64,000 nt of DNA, from assembly GCA_009839975.1 (NCBI GenBank), contig VXOP01000167.1, positions 185-64,184 on the forward strand. Direction: 5' to 3'. Made by a program: the position numbers and the translations under genes. Shown piece by piece: positions 1-7,954 of this stretch. Position 1 is the stretch's first letter; every line of letters starts with the position of its first letter. The stretch comes from Candidatus Poribacteria bacterium (GTDB taxonomy: Bacteria; Poribacteria; WGA-4E; WGA-3G). Under the pieces are notes generated by a model. That model did no database searches, was not told where the DNA came from, and saw only the letters and a list, made by a program, of their open reading frames with translations.

Positions 1-269
1 CCGAAAATTGCATACATTTAAGGGGTTTGAAATTGACGGTAACTTTCCAGAAATTAACAGAATCAATAGGTGGTTGCGCGTAAAACCTCTTTTGTGTCTC
101 ATTCGTCAAGAAAAGGTACGTGATTTAAGACGGATATTACGCTTGCCACCTTTGTTTTCCATTTTCCTGTTAATTGATCGGAGTGGTGAAGAATTGAGTA
201 TCGTGTTTTCAAAAGACGCGCTATTGCTGCGTTCTCAACCTTATATTTGGAGAAAGGTGAAGAATTCTA

Positions 270-3239
270 ATGGTTGAACAACTTGAACTTGATTTTATGG
301 GAATCTCAGACGATTCTCAAGAACCGCAGCGGCTCCATGCACAAATTGCTTTGCTGGAAAACGCTGTTGATCCATCTGATTTTGTGTTAATGGATTACAT
401 TGATAAAGTGATGCCGCAGATGTTTGAAGCGTATACGCTTAAGCCAGCGAAAGGGAGCACTGAATGGGAATACAATCATGACCAGAGTATGCTCGCTCAT
501 ATTCTAAACGGTGTCTTTCCAACGCTTACGATTGTACGAACTGCCGGGATGCAGTTGAGTGAATTAGAAGAAAGCCTATACCTGATTGCTTATTCGTTTC
601 ACGACATTGATAAACTTGTGGGGATCCGTGATTTGAGTGTCTCTGATACCGAAAAGTCTGAGCAATTTTATGCCTATCTTGACGAATGGGTTTCAAAACT
701 CCATTTTGATGAATTCCTTCCAGATTACAAAGTGTACCGCGGAGATATTGCATATCTCATTCTCAACACGCAAAAAAAATGGGGTGCTGATCTGAATTTG
801 AAGCATTTTGATTTACGTTTACAAGGACGAAGACGCCAGTATCTGCGGGAGATGTGCACAGCCTCAGACATGATTGCTTATCTGCTGAAGAATCCGAGCG
901 GATTTAAAGAACAAGCAATTGTCCGCGAATCTCTTACACAATTAAGCGGTGGGAAACTTGAACTTACCTATCACAAACTTGCTGAACATCGCGGGATGAT
1001 TACAAACGTCATTAACAACGCCTTGCTTAGAATTTTGCGTGACCGTCTCGGATGGAAACCCTTTCTCTTTTTTCCAACAGGTGTTACGTATCTGCGAGAA
1101 CGATCAAGCGAGGAAGCGATTTTACCGACGTTTGATGAAGTCGCTGAAGACACAGAAAAGCAGCTGATTGCATACTGTGCTGATCGTCTGAAAGTCAATC
1201 TTAACGGCTTCACGCGCGATGGCAAGGGATTTAAGTTTCCTGACTTCTATTATGATTTTTTTCAGATTCCGCAGTTGTTGAAACTCATCAGTATCGGATG
1301 TTTCAGGATTCTGCACGAAAACAAATCATCTTCCGCTGGAAAACGGCTACAAAAGATACTTCAACTACAAGAAAGGGGTGATATTCCGGGCAATGACACA
1401 CTTGATTTTGAAGATGACATGCGCGTTGATCAACTTGCAGAGTATCTCTATGAAATTGAGAAAAACGTTGGGGTAGTAACGAGTCGTGAGGGGGTATCTG
1501 CTGAAATCGTCAGAGTTTTGAATATGCAAGAATATCAGACCATCTTTGAAGCCATTCCACGCGACAGTAGGGTTGGTGGTGTGCCATTGCATTGGTATTT
1601 CCTTGCTGGTAAATATCTGCTGGAGAACCGTGGATTAGACACCAATCAGATGGAAGACCTGTTTACTTACATTGCTGAGAAGATTGTTACGACATTCAGG
1701 GAAGAGATTGAACAACACGAAATGGAGAAAGAAGGTTTCAGGGTTCTTCGTGAATATGTTCAGCAAATTGTTGATATTAACGGACATGGTCAGATTGAAC
1801 GCGACTTTAAATTGGAGTTAAACAGATACATCAATACGAAAAAGAAAGGGCGCGGATCAAACGCTGGATGCTCACTCTGTTCATCAACCTTTGATACTGC
1901 CAAACAGCGAGACACATCGGTTATATTTGCTAACCAAGTTTATAGCAACAAGAACTTACTCAATTCATCGATGCTTGTTCGTGGAATCTGTGAATTATGT
2001 GAAGTAGAAATGATGCTGCGCCAAATCATGATCCGATCAAAACTGAATCTGGTTGGTAGTAGATACGACGATGTAAAAATTAAGTGGCTTTATCTTTATC
2101 CGAGTTATTTCTTCACAACCGAAACTGCCAAATTTGCAGGTGATATGTACCATCGGTTGAAGAATCTCAATTTTTTTGATGTTCGCAAAGCTCTACACAA
2201 AGGGATGGCAGTAAGGGATTTCATCAACTTAGATGAGATGGTGATTGATACCGATATTCCGGATACAGACGATGATTTTCTGCTCAAAATGGAATTTGAT
2301 ACCAATGATCCTGCTACTTTCTACTTCTGTGGATTCCCTACGCTTGGGAACAGTCCTACAGATACAGAATCGTGGGCAATTCCAACTTTTCTCAGCCTCC
2401 TTATACCTTTAGTATTCAATGCCAAGGTCGTCGTTACAGAGTCGCAGGTCCCTCTTTATCATAGCGGTGAAGAGTGGAAGGAAACAGTTATTCTCAATGC
2501 GCCACCTTCTTTTGTCCATCATATACTGAGACAAGATAAACTCCGTATTGATGAGATTGAACCTGCGCTTCAAAAAGTTGCAGTGATTTATGATATGAAT
2601 GTTGACGTATTCCAAAAAGATGGAAATCCACAATGGAAATATCTTAACCAAATTGCTCGAAATATTGACACAGATCCGTTCTACGTTTTTTATTACCTGG
2701 AAGCATTTCGTCGAAAACAAAGTTGGGATAATTTCCCAAAACAACCTGACGGAGAACCGTCAATACCAGAGCGATATATACAAGCTTACCAATATGTTGG
2801 AGGTGACAAAATGAGTCTTATTGAAGAAGCAGCGAGTCGTTGCTTCAAGTTTTATGATCCTGATAATTTCAAACCTAATAGTGTATTGAAAGTTTTTACC
2901 CTTATTGAAGACGTAATCATCAACAGTGAACCGAAGATTTGTTCAGAAGACCTGAAATATCAGGTTATTGGAGAAATCCGTAATCTGATGCGACGAATTC
3001 GTCGGCCAAGCGGTGCTCGAGGGCGCCGCAGACTTAAGCGCGAAGAAGAGGCATTAGCCATTCACGAATTCGTTGAATATTTTTATCATACCGTCTTTGT
3101 AGCGTATTACGAGGACGAACGTGGTTTGCTGCGTCAAGCAAGAAACCGATTTAACGCTGGTATAAACGCCTGGTACCAGGTTAACTGGCGACAATTCCAA
3201 ACCAAAAAGGCAGAGGAGGATGTTAATGCCGATAATTGA
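270..3239 (+). CDS. cas10d: Cas10d-like CRISPR large subunit with N-terminal HD nuclease domain (type I-D)
   Basis: 989 aa. HD motifs are present near the N-terminus (EYNHDQSM, and SFHDIDK which resembles the Cas3 motif II HDxGK). There is a treble-clef-like Cys pair region (GCSLCSS...CELCEV). No GGDD cyclase motif is present, which argues against type III Cas10. It is followed directly by a Cas7 then a Cas5 gene, matching the I-D order cas10d-csc2-csc1. An RBS (GGAGAAAGG) precedes the ATG at 270. Confidence 0.55.
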   Translation: MVEQLELDFMGISDDSQEPQRLHAQIALLENAVDPSDFVLMDYIDKVMPQMFEAYTLKPAKGSTEWEYNHDQSMLAHILNGVFPTLTIVRTAGMQLSELEESLYLIAYSFHDIDKLVGIRDLSVSDTEKSEQFYAYLDEWVSKLHFDEFLPDYKVYRGDIAYLILNTQKKWGADLNLKHFDLRLQGRRRQYLREMCTASDMIAYLLKNPSGFKEQAIVRESLTQLSGGKLELTYHKLAEHRGMITNVINNALLRILRDRLGWKPFLFFPTGVTYLRERSSEEAILPTFDEVAEDTEKQLIAYCADRLKVNLNGFTRDGKGFKFPDFYYDFFQIPQLLKLISIGCFRILHENKSSSAGKRLQKILQLQERGDIPGNDTLDFEDDMRVDQLAEYLYEIEKNVGVVTSREGVSAEIVRVLNMQEYQTIFEAIPRDSRVGGVPLHWYFLAGKYLLENRGLDTNQMEDLFTYIAEKIVTTFREEIEQHEMEKEGFRVLREYVQQIVDINGHGQIERDFKLELNRYINTKKKGRGSNAGCSLCSSTFDTAKQRDTSVIFANQVYSNKNLLNSSMLVRGICELCEVEMMLRQIMIRSKLNLVGSRYDDVKIKWLYLYPSYFFTTETAKFAGDMYHRLKNLNFFDVRKALHKGMAVRDFINLDEMVIDTDIPDTDDDFLLKMEFDTNDPATFYFCGFPTLGNSPTDTESWAIPTFLSLLIPLVFNAKVVVTESQVPLYHSGEEWKETVILNAPPSFVHHILRQDKLRIDEIEPALQKVAVIYDMNVDVFQKDGNPQWKYLNQIARNIDTDPFYVFYYLEAFRRKQSWDNFPKQPDGEPSIPERYIQAYQYVGGDKMSLIEEAASRCFKFYDPDNFKPNSVLKVFTLIEDVIINSEPKICSEDLKYQVIGEIRNLMRRIRRPSGARGRRRLKREEEALAIHEFVEYFYHTVFVAYYEDERGLLRQARNRFNAGINAWYQVNWRQFQTKKAEEDVNADN

Positions 3240-4233
3240 TTTTCCGAAAGAAATTGTTCCCGAAGGATGTTTTTTAGATCAAATACCGAAAGCACCAACA
3301 GGACGTTATGCCCATCTGATTTTCGTTCGTGAAACGGAGTCGTTTCCTATTTTTCAGACAGATGGTACACTCAACATTACAAAGGTCAGTGCAGGGTTGC
3401 ACAGTGACAATTCGCTTATTCGACTTGCTATGTTCAAACGAAAACAGAGTTCACCGGAACGACTTACGGGACGTGAGTTACTGCGCCGAATGAATATTAC
3501 ACAGAATGAAGATAGCGACGGAGATGACTACTGTGATTACAATGAAAATTTCTGCGGTACCTGTCCCGACTGTGTTTACTACGGTTTCGCTATCGCAGAC
3601 TCAGGCTCCGAAAAATCAAAGGTGTATGTTGATACTGCTTGCTCAATTACAGGGTACGACGAATCACATCAACAGTTTTCATTTAATGCCCTCTATGAAA
3701 AAGGGAACATGAGTCAGTACGGTGACGTTCGCTCAAGTTTTGGTGAACAGGACCACATCGTGCCACAAGTGTTTTTCCCGTCTGTTATTACGATTAAGGA
3801 TGTGACAGTACACAGTTTCACCTATGTCTTGAATAACGTATTGCGAACGAAACGTTACGGCGCACAGACAACGCGAACAGGACGACTTTCTAATCATATT
3901 GTCGGTGTTGTATTTGCTGATGGTGAGATTTTTTCAAATCTTAAATTCACACAAGCTATCCATGATGGATTGGGTGAGGACAAGAATGAAATCCCGTTGA
4001 ATCCTACAAAAGTTCTTCAAACTGCTCAAAATACCTTGTCTGCGCTTTTGGAAGATGATGGTGTGATTTATCACCTACTCAATAGAGAAAATCTAAAACA
4101 ACTACTTGCTATTGTCAAATCTGTGACGAGAGATGAAGAAAAACTCCAGCTTTTCTTGCAGGAGGCAAACACCGAAACACAAGAATACGCCGCGCGAGTC
4201 ATCCAAAAGGCATCAAACAAGAAGCAAAAGTAG
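3226..4233 (+). CDS. csc2: Cas7d/Csc2 Cascade backbone subunit with Zn-finger
   Basis: About 335 aa. The CxxC..CxxC cluster (CDYNENFCGTCPDCVYYGF) is typical of I-D/I-B Cas7. The gene overlaps the cas10d stop, which suggests translational coupling. The start is taken at the second ATG, 6 nt after GAGGAGG. The ORF track uses 3220. Confidence 0.55.
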   Translation: MPIIDFPKEIVPEGCFLDQIPKAPTGRYAHLIFVRETESFPIFQTDGTLNITKVSAGLHSDNSLIRLAMFKRKQSSPERLTGRELLRRMNITQNEDSDGDDYCDYNENFCGTCPDCVYYGFAIADSGSEKSKVYVDTACSITGYDESHQQFSFNALYEKGNMSQYGDVRSSFGEQDHIVPQVFFPSVITIKDVTVHSFTYVLNNVLRTKRYGAQTTRTGRLSNHIVGVVFADGEIFSNLKFTQAIHDGLGEDKNEIPLNPTKVLQTAQNTLSALLEDDGVIYHLLNRENLKQLLAIVKSVTRDEEKLQLFLQEANTETQEYAARVIQKASNKKQK

Positions 4234-4242
4234 GAGGAACCG

Positions 4243-4926
4243 ATGCAAGTTACGAAATGTCATCTTACACTGCACGATTTTCTCTTCTATGCGACGCGTG
4301 AGATGGGACGACTTTACGAGACTGAAAAGGTTATACACAATTGGGCGTTGACTTATGCACTCGGTTTGGTTCAGAAACCGCATAGATCGTTTAACAGCGT
4401 TCCTACCTATCAGGATGACCTAACACCAATCAATGCGGCAGGTGTTTATGTTACACCTGCCAAACCTATCCACTATGATTATGTCATCAGTACATTCAAA
4501 CTGGCAGACAATCGGCATCGTCCGTTCTCAACTGTGAGCAACACACGAAAAAAAGAGTTAGGAATAAAGGTGACGAATAAACCTTCATTCGGTAAAGCAA
4601 AAGAACTTGCCCCAGGTAGTCTTTTTGAGTTTTTCATTGTCGGTGATTTACCCGACAAACTCCCAAAATGGATAAGGTTAGGTATATGGATGAGCAAAGC
4701 AGGGATTGAGATTAAAGATACGAAATTCTTAACACCAAAGAACGGGGCTTTTACGTGTTCACACCTTCTGAACCCAATAGATCTCGCAATTTCATCAGAG
4801 TTCTACGATCTCATTTCAATGCCGCCGGTGAGTTTACTACAGAACGCACGATTTAACGGTGAATATGTTGAATTCGGTAATGTTTGTTTGCCGACATCCA
4901 TGGCATACTTTGCCAGTGTAATATAA
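4243..4926 (+). CDS. csc1: Cas5d/Csc1 Cascade subunit
   Basis: 227 aa RAMP-like protein with a Gly-rich segment (PSFGKAKELAPGS) and a C-terminal RLGIWMSKAGIE strand. AGGAGGA RBS. It sits immediately after csc2. Confidence 0.45.
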   Translation: MQVTKCHLTLHDFLFYATREMGRLYETEKVIHNWALTYALGLVQKPHRSFNSVPTYQDDLTPINAAGVYVTPAKPIHYDYVISTFKLADNRHRPFSTVSNTRKKELGIKVTNKPSFGKAKELAPGSLFEFFIVGDLPDKLPKWIRLGIWMSKAGIEIKDTKFLTPKNGAFTCSHLLNPIDLAISSEFYDLISMPPVSLLQNARFNGEYVEFGNVCLPTSMAYFASVI

Positions 4927-4972
4927 GGAGACGGGTGTGTAAAATTTTTGTAGAAGAATACAGGTAAAACTT

Positions 4973-5038
4973 GTAGGAGCGATCTCCGAATCGCGACCTG
5001 TCGGGAATTGGCCAGATATATGTTAACTGGCCTCCTAC
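4973..5038. repeat. Structured dispersed repeat family A, copy 1 (66 nt)
   Basis: gtaggagcgatctccgaatcgcgacc...tcgggaattggccagatatatgttaactggcctcctac. The 7-bp ends are inverted repeats (gtaggag/ctcctac). It has internal stems gcgat/atcgc and ggccag/ctggcc. It is near-identical to the copy at 53289-53366. Confidence 0.7.
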
Positions 5039-5048
5039 TAAAGATTCT

Positions 5049-5075
5049 GTAGGAGCGATCTCCGAATCGCGACCT
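5049..5075. repeat. Family A partial copy (5' 27 nt only)
   Basis: gtaggagcgatctccgaatcgcgacct is repeated 76 bp after copy 1. Confidence 0.7.
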
Positions 5076-5123
5076 ACTCAAATATGGAAAACATATTGAT
5101 TCAGCGCATTAGTAAAAAAAAAC

Positions 5124-5152
5124 TTGACAAACAGTCGTACATCGTGTATGAT
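5124..5152 (+). promoter_or_regulatory. Consensus sigma70-type promoter (TTGACA-17-TATGAT)
   Basis: TTGACA at 5124-5129, a 17-nt spacer, TATGAT at 5147-5152. It sits in the non-coding region downstream of csc1. A second TATAAT lies at 5206-5211. Confidence 0.5.
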
Positions 5153-5159
5153 ATATATC

Positions 5160-5358
5160 GTGTACAATATAGATATACCAATTAGTAAAAAACTAAAAGG
5201 TATGCTATAATGTTCCCAGGTGAGAGTTACCCAAGCATTGTTAGAGTTTAGGGGGGACAGAGGTTCCAATTCTGTCTTGCTTGTTATCAACCTGCCAATT
5301 TAACAATGAATTACCCTACTACAAATTCGCGGTGTAGTAGGGTAATTCATTTTCTGTG
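5160..5358 (+). ncRNA. Candidate small RNA of about 200 nt, promoter to terminator, with a possible 13-codon micro-ORF
   Basis: A predicted TSS about 7 nt after the -10 box. The transcript ends at a 16-bp perfect hairpin plus U-tract at 5308-5358. It contains ATG TTC CCA GGT GAG ... AGA GTT TAG (13 codons) after an AAAGG. No ORF of 60 aa or more is present. Confidence 0.3.
5308..5358 (+). terminator. Rho-independent terminator
   Basis: gaattaccctactaca-aattcgcgg-tgtagtagggtaattc is a 16-bp perfect stem. It is followed by ATTTTCTGTG. Confidence 0.55.
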
Positions 5359-5658
5359 TCAACGCTTGAGATGGTTTTCACTTTTTAATCATCATTGCTG
5401 TGTTCCAGGATTCCCAATTGGTAATTTTTCAGATTGCTCTTTATAGGCTGTGACTGGATTCGTCTGTCTGAAAATTTACCAATTTTACCAATTACGATTC
5501 TGTTAAAAGACTATACCCGCAAAATTAGGGCGGACACTCTACTATTTGAAGTAACCTTACATTCTGCTAAGGTTATCAACTATGGGAAATAGTTCTATTT
5601 CAGGTATCTTCAGCACCAGCGGTGCTTGGGGTTTGACGGTATGTGTTTTCTACAATTT

Positions 5659-5783
5659 CTGTAAACATATCGTCCTTACCAAATCAACGCCAAATGCGCG
5701 TTTGGCATTTGGTGAGACTAAAGAGAGGGTGTGAACGTTTATCTATAAACATATCGTCCCTATCACTTTTTCTTGACTAAATC
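5659..5783 (+). repeat. Two degenerate copies of the CRISPR-like repeat family B, with hairpin arms disrupted
   Basis: ctgtaaacatatcgtcc[40-nt insert]gactaaagagag at 5659-5727, and ctataaacatatcgtcccta[tcactttttctt]gactaaatc at 5743-5783. These match the 5' and 3' parts of the family B consensus ctataaacatatcgtccctacgggactaaag seen at 58.0-58.2 kb. Confidence 0.55.
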
Positions 5784-5933
5784 TTGTATAGTCTGTTACA
5801 ATTGGGATGAGGTTGGCTATAGAAAACCTACGTCTCTGTTATATATAGAGCCAAATCCATGAATAAGCAGCACTATTAACGAGTATGATAATAACGACCA
5901 AAACAACCGATAACTAAATATCCCTATAATCCA

Positions 5934-7850
5934 ATGGGAATAAGTGTATATTTTATGAGATATGCTATCCTCTTTTTCATTGCGGTGACGTTTCTACCGC
6001 TGCAGAGTTCCGGCCAATACGCGACAACATTGGGATTACCCAAAGGGGCAAAACTACGCATCGGTAAAGGAAGTATACGAGATATAGCCTATTCACCAGA
6101 TGGCACAAAGTTCGCTGTCGCAAGTAGTATTGGTATTTGGTTATATGATACCAAGACTTATCAAGAGATCTCTCTGCTTATAGGGGATATGAGTTCGGGA
6201 AATAATATATTGTTTAGTCCAGATGGACAGGCACTTGCAAGTGGATGGGACGACGCTACCTTACGAATTTGGGATACCAATACGGGTGAGCAACGATATG
6301 CCATCAAAGCATATACAGATGATATGTCATTTAGTCCGGATGGACAAATACTCGCAAGTTGTGGTCATGACCGCAAAATACATTTATGGCAAGTAAAAAC
6401 AGGTAAACACATTCGAACGTTCATTGGACATGCGAGGTCAGTGTGCAGCGTATCATTTAGTCCGGATGGACAAACACTCGCAAGTGGCAGTCATGACAAT
6501 ACAATTCGTCTATGGCAAGTAAAAACGGGTGAACACATTCGAACGTTCACTGGACATGAGAAATCGGTTCGCAGCATATTGTTTAGTGCGGATGGACAGA
6601 CACTCGTAAGTTGCGGTGAGGATGAAACTGTCCGATTTTGGAATACGAAAACCGGACAGCAAATCAGCAACACTAATGTCGGTTATACAGGTTTCTTTTA
6701 TCCTTTAGTTTTCAGTCTGGATGGACAGACGCTTGCAAGTTCTGATAGGAATACTATCGCCTTATGGGATACCAACACGAATGAACGTATCCACAATTTT
6801 CCGGTAGATACGGATCCTACGTTTACAGAGTATACCTCTAATCTACGTAGTGTATCATTTAGTCCTGATGGACAGACAATCGCAGGTGGTTATGCACACG
6901 CTATCCGTTTGTGGAACATAAAGACAAGGAGACACATCCGTACGATTAGAGGGTATACGGATTCTGTCTACAGCGTATCTTTTAGTTCCGATGGGCAGAA
7001 ACTCGCAGTTGGTAGCCATGGCCTACCTATCCGTTTGTGGAACACAAAAACAGGTGAATACATTTGCACGATTAAGGGGAGTTCACGACACGTATCATTT
7101 ACGCCTGATGGGCAAACGCTGGCAGGTGTTATTTATATGCATCTCCATTTATGGGAAACAACCAGAGGAGAACTCCTCCGATCATTTACGGGGAATACAG
7201 CCATTTACAGTTTTGGTTGTTTTGCATTCAGTCCAAATGGACAGACAATTGCGAATGGGAGCTCAGAGACGATCCATTTGCGGAACGCAACCACAGGGGA
7301 ACACATTCGCTCGCTCACAGGACATACGGATTCAGTGCGTAGCATTGCGTTTAGTCCGGATGGAAACTTACTTGCAAGTGGTGGGCAAAATACGATCCCA
7401 AGAGTAGCAGATGACGAATTAGGTGAAACAACTGTTCACTTATGGGATCCACATACTGGTGAACACCTACATTTACTCACAGCTCAGAAGTCAGATGTAA
7501 TTTTTGACTTATCGTTTAGTCCGGATGGACAGACCCTTGCCAGCTCAGACATTGCGGTCCGATTATGGAATACGAAGACAGCCGAACTGCTCCACACACT
7601 CACCGGGCATACAGGCTGGGTAAAAAGTATATCGTTCCATCCTACGAATGGACAACTCCTCGCCAGCGGGAGTGGTGACTCAACGATACGTTTATGGCAT
7701 GTAAATACAGGCACACACCTAAAGACGCTTACTGGACATACGAGAGGTATCGAAAGCATTTCATTTAGTCCGGATGGACAAGTACTTGCAACAGCAAGTC
7801 TTGATGGCACAGTGCTATTGTGGGATATAGCATCTTTAGATAAACCCTAA
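5934..7850 (+). CDS. WD40-repeat protein with N-terminal signal peptide
   Basis: A dozen or more repeats of the FSPDGQTLASG...IRLW type. Hydrophobic N-terminus. The start is uncertain between 5934 and 5955. Confidence 0.8.
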   Translation: MGISVYFMRYAILFFIAVTFLPLQSSGQYATTLGLPKGAKLRIGKGSIRDIAYSPDGTKFAVASSIGIWLYDTKTYQEISLLIGDMSSGNNILFSPDGQALASGWDDATLRIWDTNTGEQRYAIKAYTDDMSFSPDGQILASCGHDRKIHLWQVKTGKHIRTFIGHARSVCSVSFSPDGQTLASGSHDNTIRLWQVKTGEHIRTFTGHEKSVRSILFSADGQTLVSCGEDETVRFWNTKTGQQISNTNVGYTGFFYPLVFSLDGQTLASSDRNTIALWDTNTNERIHNFPVDTDPTFTEYTSNLRSVSFSPDGQTIAGGYAHAIRLWNIKTRRHIRTIRGYTDSVYSVSFSSDGQKLAVGSHGLPIRLWNTKTGEYICTIKGSSRHVSFTPDGQTLAGVIYMHLHLWETTRGELLRSFTGNTAIYSFGCFAFSPNGQTIANGSSETIHLRNATTGEHIRSLTGHTDSVRSIAFSPDGNLLASGGQNTIPRVADDELGETTVHLWDPHTGEHLHLLTAQKSDVIFDLSFSPDGQTLASSDIAVRLWNTKTAELLHTLTGHTGWVKSISFHPTNGQLLASGSGDSTIRLWHVNTGTHLKTLTGHTRGIESISFSPDGQVLATASLDGTVLLWDIASLDKP

Positions 7851-7954
7851 TATCACTATAGATGGACAGACGATTAGGAGTTACGTTATTCCTGTGGTGC
7901 AAAAGCGTCCTTCAGGCGAGGGGCAGGGGAAAGGGGACAATCCTTGAAACGCAT

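Noticed and set aside
8-277. 89-aa ORF upstream of cas10d
   Set aside because: Low-complexity, basic, non-protein-like translation. It overlaps the cas10d RBS. It is most likely the leader/promoter region.
270-3239. Type III Cas10 as an alternative identity for the 989-aa HD protein
   Set aside because: No GGDD cyclase motif was found. Only two RAMP genes follow, a Cas7 then a Cas5. There is no Csm/Cmr small subunit or further RAMPs. I-D Cas10d fits better.
4973-5075. Two 27-nt direct repeats 76 bp apart right after the cas genes, looking like a 2-repeat CRISPR array
   Set aside because: The intervening 'spacer' is conserved in the distant copy at 53289-53366. The unit has terminal inverted repeats and internal stems. 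It is a dispersed hairpin element, not repeat-spacer-repeat.
5215-5300. tRNA-like T-arm (GGTTCCAATTC) and short acceptor-like pairing in the small transcript region
   Set aside because: The stem is 6 bp with a 9-nt loop. The whole candidate is about 50 nt, too short and irregular for a tRNA. It may still be a tRNA-like fragment.
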